Shown: positions 32,211 through 43,148, counted from the stretch's first letter. The stretch is DNA of 64,000 nt from Candidatus Methylomirabilia bacterium (GCA_046758965.1 JBHIBG010000001.1:1-64000); one strand, 5' to 3'. The notes: a model not told the origin generated them from the letters alone. Program-made: numbers and translations.

Positions 32211-32891
32211 CTAGGCTTGCGGCTTCCCCATGGCGGAGGCATCGTTGGTCCATTGGAGAAAGGCAAGCAAGAAGAGGAGCGGGACTGCCAATTCAAGCAC
32301 CTCCCCGAGAAGTGCACAGGCCAGAACAACGTCATCGTATACGACGACTCGCCGCCGGAGAAAGTGGGCACACTCATCAAACACCTGGCTGACCGGGAGC
32401 AAGAGAGTTCCGGAGAGCATGGAGATGGCATACGGCCGTCCGGCCCTAATGGCCTTGATGACTCCGGGCCCATAGTTCGCGATGAGCTTCAGAAGTATCG
32501 CCGCGAGTATGAGGAGTGCCGTCCCGACAATGATCTTCTCGCTCACGGGAACGTCAGGCGATAGGAAAAAGCAGAGGGTCAAGCATTTCTCGATGTTCTG
32601 CGTGGTAAATCGGGAGTTAAAATCCAGCTCGCGCAAGCCAAAGAGGAGGAACACAAAGCTCGCGGCATACCCGCTGCCCCGGCGTTTGTATGTTGCAAAG
32701 ATCGACAGCGTGGCGGCGCCGGCCAGATAGAGGAGGAGTGTGGCGCGTTCTATTGGCCCGCTTTCGCGTGCGGCCGCCTCTGTAATCGCACGGGGCGAGT
32801 AAGAGACCACGAGCGCGAGCAGCATCACCACGAGGAGAATCGCGAGAGGTGGCAACCAGCGCGCTTGGCTCTTGTCCGTCTTCTGCCACAT
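32211..32891 (-). CDS. Hypothetical multi-pass membrane protein
   Basis: About 6 TM segments; ESGPIE, LRELDF motifs; ATG 32891. Confidence 0.65.
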   Translation of the reverse strand: MWQKTDKSQARWLPPLAILLVVMLLALVVSYSPRAITEAAARESGPIERATLLLYLAGAATLSIFATYKRRGSGYAASFVFLLFGLRELDFNSRFTTQNIEKCLTLCFFLSPDVPVSEKIIVGTALLILAAILLKLIANYGPGVIKAIRAGRPYAISMLSGTLLLPVSQVFDECAHFLRRRVVVYDDVVLACALLGEVLELAVPLLFLLAFLQWTNDASAMGKPQA

Positions 32892-33039
32892 GCCCTTGTC
32901 CAGGTGCGATGAGCCAGGCCCGATGGGACGGCACAGCGGGACCGGAAGGGCCCGGCACAAGGGGAGCTGGAACACCGGGAGGCCGAGCACGCTCTTTAAG
33001 GAGATGCCGCGCCTCGGCATTTTACTGTACCATATCCTT

Positions 33040-34176
33040 GTGCGGTTCGGCACCGTCGTCTGCGCCCTGAGCGCCCTCGTCTGGCTCACCGGGCTTGCTC
33101 CACCCGATCAGGCGGTGGGAGCTGACCTGAGTGGGGGGAGAGGCATGGGAGGCGTCGCCCCGCTGATGGCGGAGGATCGGCTGGAGCGCTTCCGCCGGCT
33201 TGCAGCCTCCCGGCTGGCCGCCCTGGGGGTCTTCGGAGGCGACCCGGCCACCGAGGTCTTCCGGGAGATCTACGAGCTCCTCGACGACGAGATCCTGGAG
33301 AATCTCGATGTCGGGAGCGTCTTTGCCTCTCAAGGGTTTCTCCAGGTGCGGCTGGATGCCTTCAGCGAGGTGTGGGGAGGCAGCACCTTCCAGATCCTGG
33401 TCCTTCCGGGTGGAGGGCTCACCGTGGGAAGTTTCCAGCTCTCACCGAACACCCGGGGCAACAGCGTCCGCGTCTATGGGCGCAACGGCGGCCGCGGGGA
33501 GCTTCTGAGAACGATCTTCCGGGAAGGGGTCCCGCACCTGTATGCCATGCCGCCCACGAAGGCCGGAGAGGTTCAATTCCTGGTCGTTTGGGTCGGCCCG
33601 CCGACACCCCGCGGGACGACGGCGCTCCGGGTCGAGCTCTGGCGCCGGCAGCACGGTCGGCTCCGCGTCGCCTGGAGTCTGGCCGAATCCCTGGGACCTG
33701 AGGCCTATGCCCGTGACTATGCGGTGCGAGGCCAGCAGCTCGGCGTTCGGTATGAGGTCCGCTACCGGGGGTGGAGGCCAGGCTGCGCGGGGCAGACCGA
33801 GCACGAGGACCTCTACCGCTACGACCCGGCTTCAGGGCGGTTCATCCTGGCCAGCCGGCGGGTCTTCAACGGTTGGCACCGGGAGCTGCACGCCCGGGTG
33901 GCTCGGCTCTTCGCCGCGCTCCGGGGACACGATCGGGACGTCCTCGCGGAGATGGGTCTGGATCCACTGCCTCGAGGGCTCCCCGACCGCCTGGAGCCGG
34001 AGCCTGCCTGCGACATCCTGGAGGGGCCGTCCCCTCAGGTGGCCACCGTGACTGCAACCAACCCCGGCGATCCCCACCCTTGGGCGTTTCACTTTCGGCG
34101 GAGCTCTCAGGGGTGGGAGCTTGCCGGCGTCGACCGACTTCCTTACCCGGTGCGCCAGGTGCCCGTGCTAGAATAA
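33040..34176 (+). CDS. Hypothetical exported protein
   Basis: Long coherent ORF; signal peptide from GTG 33040 (alternative ATG 33004); family not recognised. Confidence 0.65.
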   Translation: MRFGTVVCALSALVWLTGLAPPDQAVGADLSGGRGMGGVAPLMAEDRLERFRRLAASRLAALGVFGGDPATEVFREIYELLDDEILENLDVGSVFASQGFLQVRLDAFSEVWGGSTFQILVLPGGGLTVGSFQLSPNTRGNSVRVYGRNGGRGELLRTIFREGVPHLYAMPPTKAGEVQFLVVWVGPPTPRGTTALRVELWRRQHGRLRVAWSLAESLGPEAYARDYAVRGQQLGVRYEVRYRGWRPGCAGQTEHEDLYRYDPASGRFILASRRVFNGWHRELHARVARLFAALRGHDRDVLAEMGLDPLPRGLPDRLEPEPACDILEGPSPQVATVTATNPGDPHPWAFHFRRSSQGWELAGVDRLPYPVRQVPVLE

Positions 34177-34184
34177 CTGCTTTA

Positions 34185-36812
34185 ATGAGCCAGATCCCCG
34201 ACCGCTACGATCCTTCCCAGGTCGAGGAGCAGTGGTACCGCGCGTGGGCGGAGGGCGGCTACTTCCATGCCGACCCCGCCTCGCCGAAGAAGCCGTACGC
34301 GATCGTCATCCCGCCCCCCAACGTGACCGGCTCCCTTCACATGGGTCACGCGCTCAACAACACCCTTCAGGACATTCTCATCCGGTACAAACGCATGGAC
34401 GGCTTCAACGCGCTCTGGATGCCCGGGACCGACCACGCGGGGATCGCCACCCAGTACGTGGTGGAGCGTCAGCTCGCCCAGGAGCGAAAGACCAAGGAGG
34501 AACTCGGGCGGGAGGCCTTTGTCCAGCAGGTCTGGCAGTGGAAGGAGGAGTCTGGCGGGCTCATCGTCCGCCAGCTGAAGCGCCTCGGCTGCTCGTGCGA
34601 CTGGGAGCGCGAGCGCTTCACCATGGATCCCGGGCTCTCGGCGGCCGTGAGGGAAGTGTTCGTCAGGCTCTGGGAGGAGGGGCTCATCTACCGGGGTGAC
34701 TACATTGTCAACTGGTGCCCCCGCTGCCAGACGGTGCTCTCGGACCTGGAAGTGGAGCACGAGGAGCGCGACGCCCACCTCTACTACATTCGTTACGGGC
34801 CCCTGGCGCTGGCCACCGTCAGGCCCGAGACCAAACTGGGAGACACGGCCCTGGCCGTCCATCCCAAGGATAAGCGCTATGCGCGCTACGTCGGGCAGGC
34901 GCTCGCCATCCCCTCGGTGGAGGGGACGATCACCATGAAGGTCGTGGGCGATCCAGCCGTAGACCCGAAGTTCGGCACCGGCGTGGTAAAAGTCACCCCG
35001 GCCCACGATCCGGCCGACTTCTGGATCGGCAAGCGCCACGGCCTCGAGGTCAAGCAGGTCATCGGATTCGACGCGAGGATGAACGAGCGCGCGGGGAGGT
35101 ACGCGGGGCTTGACCGCTTCGAGTGCCGCAAGCGCATCGTCGAGGACATGGAAGCTCTGGGCCTCATCGAGAAGATCGAGCCCTACCGCCACAGCGTCGG
35201 CGTCTGCTACCGCTGCAAGACCGTGGTGGAGCCGCTCGTCTCCCGGCAGTGGTACGTGCGGATGAAGCCGCTCGCCGAACCCGCGATCAAGGCGGTTCGA
35301 ACCGGCAAGGTCCGAATCGTTCCGCGCCATTGGGCCAAGACCTACTATCAGTGGATGGAGAACATCCGGGACTGGTGTATCTCGCGCCAGCTCTGGTGGG
35401 GACACCGCCTGCCGGTCTGGTACTGTGAGGGGTGCGGGGCGACCCATGTCTCCCGCACCGACCTGACCCGATGCCCTGCCTGCGAAGGCCCGCTGCGGCA
35501 GGATCCAGACGTGCTGGATACCTGGTTCTCCTCTCAGCTCTGGCCGTTCTCCACGCTCGGCTGGCCTGAGGAGACCTCTGAGCTCCGGGCCTTCTACCCC
35601 ACCTCGTGCCTGGTCACGAGCTTCGACATCCTCTTCTTCTGGGTGGCCAGGATGATCATGATGGGGCTCAAGTTCATGGGGGATGTGCCCTTCCGCGATG
35701 TCTACATTCACGCCTTGGTGCGGGATGCCGAGGGGAAGAAGATGTCCAAGTCCCGGGGCAACGTGATCGACCCCCTGGAGGTGATGGACCGCTACGGCAC
35801 TGACGCCTTTCGCTTCACGCTGGCTGCGCTCGCCGCTCAGGGGCGAGATATCCGAGTGGCCGTGGACCGCATCGAGGGGTATCGGAACTTCGCCAACAAG
35901 CTCTGGAACGCGGCTCGCTTCGTGTTGACCAACCTTGCGGGCTACGACCCTCGCCTGGCCCGGAAGGCCACGCCGGACCTGGCCGAGCGCTGGATCCGGA
36001 GCCGACTCTCCCACACCGTCGGGGCAGTCCGGCGGGCGCTTGGCGCCTACCGGTTCAACGAGGCGGCGAGCGCCGTCTATCAGTTCCTCTGGCACGAGTA
36101 CTGCGACTGGTATCTCGAGTGCGCCAAAACCACTTTTTACCGCTCCGGGGACGTGAGCGCGCGGGCCCGGGTGCAAACGACCTGCCTCTCCGTGCTCGAG
36201 GCCACGCTCCGGCTGCTGCACCCCCTGATGCCGTTCATCACCGAAGAGATCTGGCACCGGCTCCCCCACACGGGAGAGTCCATCATGGTGGCGCCCTTCC
36301 CCAAGGTGGTGCGGCGAGACCAGGACCCAGCCGCCGAAGCCGAGATGGCGCTGTTCATGGGGGTTGTCACAGCCATCAGGAACATCCGGGGAGAGATGCG
36401 GATCGCCCCCTCCACCTCGTTCAGGGCTGTGCTGAGGCCCGACAGCCAGGCCACCGCCGACCGCCTGGCGCCACTGCTCTCCTTGATCGAGGCGCTCGCC
36501 CGATGCGAAGTCACCCTGGACCCGAGGGCGAGCCGGCCGCCCGGCTCCGCGCTGGCCCTGGTCGGGCCTGTGGAGTGCTTTGTCCCGCTGGCCGGGATCG
36601 TGGACCTGGCTGCCGAGCGCCAACGGCTCGCCCGGGAGATCAAGAAGGCGGAGGGGGAGATTCGGTTTCTCGAAAGCAAGCTGGCCAGACCGGAATTCCG
36701 AGCAAAGGCTCCCGCAGAGGTCGTCGAGCGCGAGGAGGGCCGGCTGGCCACGCAGGAGGCCGTCCGCGCCAAGCTTCTCGAAAGCCTCGGGCGCGTCGGC
36801 GACGGCTCCTAG
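34185..36812 (+). CDS. valS: Valyl-tRNA synthetase
   Basis: [43 protein letters not shown]-terminal coiled coil. Confidence 0.98.
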   Translation: MSQIPDRYDPSQVEEQWYRAWAEGGYFHADPASPKKPYAIVIPPPNVTGSLHMGHALNNTLQDILIRYKRMDGFNALWMPGTDHAGIATQYVVERQLAQERKTKEELGREAFVQQVWQWKEESGGLIVRQLKRLGCSCDWERERFTMDPGLSAAVREVFVRLWEEGLIYRGDYIVNWCPRCQTVLSDLEVEHEERDAHLYYIRYGPLALATVRPETKLGDTALAVHPKDKRYARYVGQALAIPSVEGTITMKVVGDPAVDPKFGTGVVKVTPAHDPADFWIGKRHGLEVKQVIGFDARMNERAGRYAGLDRFECRKRIVEDMEALGLIEKIEPYRHSVGVCYRCKTVVEPLVSRQWYVRMKPLAEPAIKAVRTGKVRIVPRHWAKTYYQWMENIRDWCISRQLWWGHRLPVWYCEGCGATHVSRTDLTRCPACEGPLRQDPDVLDTWFSSQLWPFSTLGWPEETSELRAFYPTSCLVTSFDILFFWVARMIMMGLKFMGDVPFRDVYIHALVRDAEGKKMSKSRGNVIDPLEVMDRYGTDAFRFTLAALAAQGRDIRVAVDRIEGYRNFANKLWNAARFVLTNLAGYDPRLARKATPDLAERWIRSRLSHTVGAVRRALGAYRFNEAASAVYQFLWHEYCDWYLECAKTTFYRSGDVSARARVQTTCLSVLEATLRLLHPLMPFITEEIWHRLPHTGESIMVAPFPKVVRRDQDPAAEAEMALFMGVVTAIRNIRGEMRIAPSTSFRAVLRPDSQATADRLAPLLSLIEALARCEVTLDPRASRPPGSALALVGPVECFVPLAGIVDLAAERQRLAREIKKAEGEIRFLESKLARPEFRAKAPAEVVEREEGRLATQEAVRAKLLESLGRVGDGS

Positions 36813-36824
36813 CTTCACGCGACC

Positions 36825-38363
36825 ATGGCCGCAGGGACACGCCTTCTCTTCTTGACGCTGGCTGCGCTTGCTCTTTTGACGTTGCCCCGTGTCCTCAAAG
36901 TGGGGATGTTTTTCGACGGCGTGACGTTTTCCAGTTTTGCGCGCAACCTCGCCGAGGGCAAGGGCACCTTCTGGGCCCCCCATTACACCGAGACCGTCTG
37001 GCCTCGGTATTTTGACGTTCCGCCGCTCGGATTTTGGCTCCAGTCATGGGTCTATCGGCTGTTTGGTGATCATGTCAGCCTCGATCCCATGTGGGACTTG
37101 GCGACCGGGCTGTTGATTGTTCTCCTGCTCGTCCCAATGTGGACGCTGGCCTGGCGGACCGAGCAAGCCGCCGTCGGGGCGTGGTGGCCTGTCTTGATGT
37201 TCGTGTCGTTTCCGATGACGGCGAAGACGTTGACCCATAATCTCATGGAACACCCGATGGCGGTGTTCGTGTTAGCCTCCTCGGTGCTGGCCCTCTTGGG
37301 CCTCAGTCGCAGGGAGGTGCGAGCACAAATCGGCTATGGAACGGCCTCCGGACTCCTGCTCGTTGCCGCGTGCCTTACGAAAGGCCCTCAGGCAATCTTT
37401 CCGCTCGTGCTTCCTGTCTTTGCGGCACTCTTCTTTCCTTCTGCGGTCAGGTGGCGGCATGCGCTCGTCTCTACCGTTTCAATGGCCGGGGCTCTGGTCG
37501 GTGGAATCGCGATCATCTATGTTTCCAGTCCAGGAGCCAGGGAGTTCTTTCACGCGTTTACCCAAGGGGTGCTGTCGCAGCTTCAGGGGGGTCGGGGAGG
37601 GGGCCAGGCTTCGCGGTGGGCGTTTTTCGGCGCTGGCCTTCTTCAACTGGCCGTGCCGGTGGGGATCGGCGCGCTCGGCGCCCTTCTCTGCAAGACTCCC
37701 GTTCGAATCTTCAAAAACAGAAGATTTGGATTCTTTCTGGCTCTGGCCTGTTGCGGAAGCCTGCCGCTTCTCATCAGTCCCAAGCTGTACGCGAGGTACT
37801 TGTTCCCCAGCCTGCCATTCTTCGCGCTGGCGCTGGGCGCTCTTTTCGAATCGGTGGCCCTCCGGGTCGAGCAGCTGGTGCAGGACCGGCGAACGTGGTC
37901 GCGGGCTGTCATGGGTGCGGCGATCGGAGGCGGGGTTGTCGCCGTCGCTCTGATGCTGGTGAATGCCGGGGAGGTGAGAAGGGCGAAGGAGTTCCATGCC
38001 GACCTCCCGCTCCAGGGCGTTGATCTAGATGGACGTGCGTTGGTCTCTGTGTGTCCGTCTGCGTTGACCGCCGATTGGCGATTGGTTGCCAATATGCAGC
38101 GCGTCTATCGGGCCAGTCTTACCGGCCGCTTGGGCGGGCGTTTTCTCCTGGTGGAAAAACAGGGGCACTGTTCCATTCCTCCACACTGTGAGCTCCTCCA
38201 GGCCACTCCTCCGCTCAAGTATCTGCTCTACCGCTGCCAGCCGGAGTCTGGCCCGGCAGTGGAGAATCAGCGTCCCCATGGCGAAATCACTCTCGCGGAG
38301 GAGCGTTCCGAGCGGTATGCACGGGTCGGGCCGACGACGCTTTTCCGGCTCACTCCGTCCTAG
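36825..38363 (+). CDS. ArnT/PMT-like membrane glycosyltransferase
   Basis: GMFFDG, PPLGFWLQS, LTKGP motifs; many TM helices. Confidence 0.8.
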   Translation: MAAGTRLLFLTLAALALLTLPRVLKVGMFFDGVTFSSFARNLAEGKGTFWAPHYTETVWPRYFDVPPLGFWLQSWVYRLFGDHVSLDPMWDLATGLLIVLLLVPMWTLAWRTEQAAVGAWWPVLMFVSFPMTAKTLTHNLMEHPMAVFVLASSVLALLGLSRREVRAQIGYGTASGLLLVAACLTKGPQAIFPLVLPVFAALFFPSAVRWRHALVSTVSMAGALVGGIAIIYVSSPGAREFFHAFTQGVLSQLQGGRGGGQASRWAFFGAGLLQLAVPVGIGALGALLCKTPVRIFKNRRFGFFLALACCGSLPLLISPKLYARYLFPSLPFFALALGALFESVALRVEQLVQDRRTWSRAVMGAAIGGGVVAVALMLVNAGEVRRAKEFHADLPLQGVDLDGRALVSVCPSALTADWRLVANMQRVYRASLTGRLGGRFLLVEKQGHCSIPPHCELLQATPPLKYLLYRCQPESGPAVENQRPHGEITLAEERSERYARVGPTTLFRLTPS

Positions 38364-38364
38364 C

Positions 38365-39141
38365 TTGGCGGGCACAACCTCTGACTCGACGCTCTTCCCC
38401 CGCCTCTCGGCCCGCTTGCCGCTCGGCGCGATGGGAAAGGTCTTCCATGCCGTTCCGGTACTGCCCTCTACGCAGGACGAGCTCCGCCGGCTGGCGGAGG
38501 CGGGGGCTCCGGAGGGTGCGGTGGTGGTGGCCGACCACCAAACAGAGGGGCGCGGGCGCCAGGGACGGTCCTGGGTGGACCAGCCGGGAGCGAACCTCCT
38601 CGTCTCGCTGCTCCTCCGCCCCAAGATTCCCGTGGCGCAGGTCCCTCAGCTTTCGCTCCTCACGGCTGTGGCCGCACAGGAGGCTCTCGCCGCATCCACC
38701 GGGCTTCAGATCGAGATCCGCTGGCCCAACGATCTCGAGATACGTCGTCTGAAGGTCGCGGGGATTTTGGCCGAGGCCTCCTCGGTTGGCGGCCGGGTCT
38801 CGCTGGTTATTCTCGGGATCGGTATCAACGTCAACCAGACTCACTTTCCCGACCTGCCCCGGAAGGCGACCTCGTTGGCCCTGGAGGCGGGGAGGATGCT
38901 CGATCGCGAAGCGCTCCTTGAAAGGCTTCTCGATGCCTTGAATCGCTGGTACACGCGCTACCTCCGACAGGGGTTTCTCCCCGTGCGGGAAGCCTGGCTC
39001 CGCACCGCGCGGGGGCTGGGCGGGCCGATCAGACAGGGGAGCGTCACCGGAAGGGCGGAAGACCTGGATTCGGACGGAGCGCTGGTGGTGAGGACCGCGG
39101 AAGGCCAGGTGATCCGGTTGGTGGCGGGCGAACTCGGCTAG
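38365..39141 (+). CDS. birA: Biotin--protein ligase (no N-terminal HTH)
   Basis: STQD, QTEGRGRQGRSW, RWPND, KVAGIL, GIGINVN. Start TTG 38365 or ATG 38431. Confidence 0.92.
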   Translation: MAGTTSDSTLFPRLSARLPLGAMGKVFHAVPVLPSTQDELRRLAEAGAPEGAVVVADHQTEGRGRQGRSWVDQPGANLLVSLLLRPKIPVAQVPQLSLLTAVAAQEALAASTGLQIEIRWPNDLEIRRLKVAGILAEASSVGGRVSLVILGIGINVNQTHFPDLPRKATSLALEAGRMLDREALLERLLDALNRWYTRYLRQGFLPVREAWLRTARGLGGPIRQGSVTGRAEDLDSDGALVVRTAEGQVIRLVAGELG

Positions 39142-39270
39142 GGGAGCCGGCCCCAGCAGCGAGCAGGACGGGGCGAGAGGGAGGAACGGGAGTGGGTGCC
39201 CGAACAGGAACGGCCGACGGCCGGGAACGAAGCAGGGCGAAGTGAGTCGGAGCGGCGCGAGGGAGGGAGC

Positions 39271-40041
39271 ATGCTGCTGGTGATGGACGTTGGGAACACC
39301 ACGACGGTCCTCGGGGTGTTCGAGCAGAGGCGGCTCTTGGCCTCGTGGCGTCTGACCAGCCGGCGTGACCAGACCGCGGACGAGTATGGGGTGTTCATCC
39401 AAACGCTGCTCAAGAGCCGCGGAATTGAGCCGAGCCAGATTCGGGCTGTGGCCATCTCGAATGTGGTTCCCACGGTCCAGCAGACCCTCGAATGGATGTG
39501 CGAGAAGTACTTTGGCTTTCCCCCCTTCGCCGTGGAGCCGGGGATCAACGTCAGCCTCCCGCTTCGGGTGGACAACCCGAGAGAGCTTGGTGCCGATCGC
39601 GTCGTCAACGCCGTGGCGGCCGTGGAACTCTACGGCCCCCCCCTCATCGTGATCGACTTCGGCACCGCCACGACCTTCGACTGCGTGAACTCTCGCGGAG
39701 AGTTCATCGGCGGCGCGATCGCCCCGGGACTCACCGCGGCCTGCGAGGCGTTGACCTCCCGGGCAGCCCGCCTCTTCAGGGTGGAGCTGGTCAGGCCCAA
39801 GGAAACCATCGGCCGGGACACCGTGAGCAACATCCAGTCCGGGCTGGTGTACGGATACGCCGGCCTGGTGGATGGACTGGTGGAGCGGATGCGCGCCGAG
39901 ATGGACGGCGCCCCCACAGTGGTGGCAACCGGAGGCCTGGCGACCCTCATTCATACGGTTGCGCGGGGTATCCAGATTGTGAACCCCGACCTGACCCTGG
40001 AGGGCCTCCGGCTCGTGTATGAGCAGGCGCACCCGGCTTGA
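39271..40041 (+). CDS. coaX: Type III pantothenate kinase
   Basis: DVGNT, GADR, DFGTATT, GGAIAPG, ATGG. Confidence 0.96.
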   Translation: MLLVMDVGNTTTVLGVFEQRRLLASWRLTSRRDQTADEYGVFIQTLLKSRGIEPSQIRAVAISNVVPTVQQTLEWMCEKYFGFPPFAVEPGINVSLPLRVDNPRELGADRVVNAVAAVELYGPPLIVIDFGTATTFDCVNSRGEFIGGAIAPGLTAACEALTSRAARLFRVELVRPKETIGRDTVSNIQSGLVYGYAGLVDGLVERMRAEMDGAPTVVATGGLATLIHTVARGIQIVNPDLTLEGLRLVYEQAHPA

Positions 40042-40066
40042 CATCGAGCCTGGCCACCGGTATACT
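40038..40066 (+). promoter_or_regulatory. Sigma70 promoter for guaB3-guaA
   Basis: TTGACA-17 nt-TATACT. Confidence 0.8.
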
Positions 40067-40138
40067 TCCCACAAAATCTAGTATGCCCGGAACGGGGCCG
40101 TCTATATACAGGGGTCACACCCGGTAAGGAGATCGCCC

Positions 40139-41299
40139 ATGGGGATGTGGATTGGTCGGGGACGAAAAGCGAGGGTCGCCTACGGCTTTGACGATATCGC
40201 CCTGGTTCCCGGCGCGGTCACCGTCAACCCGAACGAAGTGAGCATCTCCTGGGAGCTCTGCGGCCGCCGCTTCGAGATCCCCATCATCGCCGCTGCCATG
40301 GACGGCGTCGTGAATTCCCAGATGGCCATTGAGATGGGGCGGTTGGGCGGGCTCGCCGTGCTCAATCTCGAGGGGATCCAGACGCGATACGAGGACCCGG
40401 ACCAGGTGATCGAGCGGATCGTTTCGGCCAGCCTCGACGAAGCCACCCGGATCATTCAGTCGATCTACGGCGAGCCGATCAAGGAGGAGCTGATCCACAA
40501 GCGGATCACCGAGATCAAGAAGGGTGGGGGACCCGCCGTGGTGTCATCGATCCCTCAGCGCGCCGACCGCTTCGCGAAGATCGCCGAGGAGGCCGGCGCT
40601 GACCTGTTTGTGGTTCAATCCACCGTCACCACCGCCCGCCACATCGCCACCCAATACAAGCCGCTGGACTTCCGCGCGCTGAAGAAGAACCTCTCCATCC
40701 CGCTCGTCGTGGGGAACTGCGTGACCTACGAGGCCTGCCTGGAGCTGATGGAGTACGGCGTGGACGCCTTGCTGATCGGGGTCGGACCCGGAGCGGCCTG
40801 CACGAGCCGGGAGGTGCTCGGGTTGGGTGTGCCGCAGGTGACGGCCACCGTAGACGCGGCGGCGGCCAGGGATTTCCACTACAAGCAGGGCGGCCGGTAT
40901 GTCCCCATCATCACCGACGGTGGCATGACCACAGGAGGGGATATCTGCAAGGCGCTGGCCGCTGGAGCCGACGCCGTGATGATCGGATCGGCCTTCGCCC
41001 GAGCCGTCGAGGCGCCAGGGCGGGGATGCCACTGGGGGATGGCCACGCCCCACCAGAACCTCCCCCGCGGCACCAGGATCCGTGTGGGGGTGGTGGGGAC
41101 GCTGGCGCAGATCCTGTTCGGCCCGGCCTTCACCGAGGACGGGTCGATGAACTTGGTGGGTGCCATCCGGACCTGCATGGGGTCGGTGGGAGCCCGGACG
41201 ATTCGGGAACTCCAGCTCACCGAGTTGATCATCGCTCCCGCCATCAAGACCGAGGGCAAAGTATTTCAGCGCGCCCAGAAGCTGGGAATGGCCAAGTGA
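40139..41299 (+). CDS. guaB3: GuaB3-family IMP dehydrogenase (no CBS domains)
   Basis: YGFDDIALVPG, AAAMDGVV, GVGPGAACTSR (catalytic Cys), HWGMATP..LPRGTRI. Confidence 0.9.
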   Translation: MGMWIGRGRKARVAYGFDDIALVPGAVTVNPNEVSISWELCGRRFEIPIIAAAMDGVVNSQMAIEMGRLGGLAVLNLEGIQTRYEDPDQVIERIVSASLDEATRIIQSIYGEPIKEELIHKRITEIKKGGGPAVVSSIPQRADRFAKIAEEAGADLFVVQSTVTTARHIATQYKPLDFRALKKNLSIPLVVGNCVTYEACLELMEYGVDALLIGVGPGAACTSREVLGLGVPQVTATVDAAAARDFHYKQGGRYVPIITDGGMTTGGDICKALAAGADAVMIGSAFARAVEAPGRGCHWGMATPHQNLPRGTRIRVGVVGTLAQILFGPAFTEDGSMNLVGAIRTCMGSVGARTIRELQLTELIIAPAIKTEGKVFQRAQKLGMAK

Positions 41300-41335
41300 G
41301 ACGCGGGGGGAGTCCGGCTCCCTCCGAGGTTCGCC

Positions 41336-42877
41336 GTGGATAAGATTGCGATCGTCGACTTCGGGTCGCAGTATACCCAGCTGATCGCGCGGCGGATTCG
41401 GGAGCTCTCCGTCTACTCCGAGATCGTGCCTCCGACTCACCCCCTGGGGGAGCTCCTCGCCGCCGATGTCAAGGGGATCGTGCTCTCCGGCGGCCCGTCG
41501 AGCGTCTACGACGATGGCGCGCCGCTCCCCTCCAAGAAGCTGTTCGAGGCGAACATCCCGGTCCTCGGCGTCTGCTACGGGATGCAGGTCATGGCCTATC
41601 TGCTGGGAGGCCACGTGGTTCCTGCTGAGCGGCGGGAGTACGGTCGCACCGCGCTCGAGCTTCTGGCAAGCGAGGGACTCTTCGCGGGGGTGCGGCCCGA
41701 GCGCGGCCAGACCCTGACGGTTTGGATGAGCCACGGCGACACGGTGCTGAAGCCGCCGAAGGGCTTCACCCGGCTCGCGGCCACGGAGAACTGCCCGGTG
41801 GCGGCCATGGCAGATCACGCTCGCCGCTGCTACGCGGTTCAGTTCCACCCCGAGGTCGTCCACACCCCGCAGGGGACGACGATCCTCCGGAACTTTCTCG
41901 ACCTCTGTCAGGCCGACGCCAGCTGGTCGATGGCCTCGTTCATCGAGAGCGCAGTCCGGGAGATCAGGCAGCGAGTGGGGGGTGAGCGAGTCCTGTGCGC
42001 CTTGTCCGGCGGTATCGACTCCTCAGTGGCGGGTGTGTTGGTCCACAAGGCGGTCGGGGACCAGCTGGCCGGCGTTTTCGTTGATAACGGCGTCCTCAGG
42101 AAAGGCGAGGCAGAGAGCGTCGTCCACACGTTCAGGGACCATTTCAAGATGGACTTGGTCCACGTCGATGCGTCCAAGCGCTTTCTGGATCGGCTCCGCG
42201 GCATTGCCGACCCCGAGCTCAAGCGCAAGCGGATCGGGGCGGAGTTTGTCGCGGTCTTCGAGGAGGAGGCGCGAAAGCTGGGCGATATCCGCTGGCTGGT
42301 GCAGGGGACCTTGTACCCTGACGTGATCGAATCGGTCTCCTTCAAGGGGCCTTCCGCGACGATCAAGACCCACCACAATGTGGGGGGGCTCCCGAGCAGG
42401 ATGGAGTTCAAGCTGTTGGAGCCGCTCCGGGAGCTCTTCAAGGACGAGGTCCGGAAGCTCGGCGAGCTGCTGGGGCTTCCCCCGGAGATCGTCTGGCGTC
42501 AGCCGTTCCCCGGCCCGGGGCTCGCCATCCGGGTCCTTGGAGAGCTCACCGAAGAGCGTCTCGAGCTGCTCCGAGAAGCCGACGCCATCGTCCAGGACGA
42601 AGTTCGGCGAGCCGGGCTCGAGCAGGAACTCTGGCAAGCCTTCGCCGTGCTGCTTCCGGTCAGGAGCGTAGGGGTGATGGGCGATTTTCGTACCTATTCC
42701 CAGGTCATCGCGCTCCGGGCCGTCATGAGCCAGGATGCCATGACGGCCGACTGGGCCCGCCTTCCGTACGACCTCCTTGAGAGGATCAGCAGCCGCATCA
42801 TCAACGAGGTGAAGGGGGTGAACCGAGTCGTCTTCGATATCTCCTCCAAGCCCCCGAGCACCATCGAGTGGGAGTGA
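41336..42877 (+). CDS. guaA: GMP synthase
   Basis: [49 protein letters not shown]. Confidence 0.98.
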   Translation: MDKIAIVDFGSQYTQLIARRIRELSVYSEIVPPTHPLGELLAADVKGIVLSGGPSSVYDDGAPLPSKKLFEANIPVLGVCYGMQVMAYLLGGHVVPAERREYGRTALELLASEGLFAGVRPERGQTLTVWMSHGDTVLKPPKGFTRLAATENCPVAAMADHARRCYAVQFHPEVVHTPQGTTILRNFLDLCQADASWSMASFIESAVREIRQRVGGERVLCALSGGIDSSVAGVLVHKAVGDQLAGVFVDNGVLRKGEAESVVHTFRDHFKMDLVHVDASKRFLDRLRGIADPELKRKRIGAEFVAVFEEEARKLGDIRWLVQGTLYPDVIESVSFKGPSATIKTHHNVGGLPSRMEFKLLEPLRELFKDEVRKLGELLGLPPEIVWRQPFPGPGLAIRVLGELTEERLELLREADAIVQDEVRRAGLEQELWQAFAVLLPVRSVGVMGDFRTYSQVIALRAVMSQDAMTADWARLPYDLLERISSRIINEVKGVNRVVFDISSKPPSTIEWE

Positions 42878-43148
42878 GCACCACCGACCTCGTTCCCCGA
42901 TGCCGATCCCTTAGCCGACACTATTCATGAAGACGCCGGACAGATCTCGGGAGGCCGGCGGGTCCCGGCGCCGCGAACAGCCTCACGGTGCTCGCTCCCG
43001 CGAGCGCGAGGCTCAACATCGCCGGCGACGATCTGTCGAGCGAACCGGTCGTTACGCGGTGCGCTCCGCGCCACCCGCCGGGCCTCCGGTTCGTTCGTGA
43101 AGAGTCCAGGCTAGATCATGACCCCCATGCGCGGTTCGTGAGGTGCCG

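Noticed and set aside
33771..34184. Long N-terminal extensions on ValS, PyrG, LeuS, BirA and the SorC regulator in the ORF track
   Set aside because: Artefacts of taking the first start codon; homology and RBS/promoter positions indicate later starts.
34182..36983. 933-aa minus-strand ORF and similar long antisense ORFs (5880-7634, 18152-20152, 20333-22246, 38350-40074)
   Set aside because: They overlap clearly identified genes on the opposite strand and have no recognisable domains.
40067..40138. Purine riboswitch before guaB3
   Set aside because: No match to the aptamer consensus was seen.
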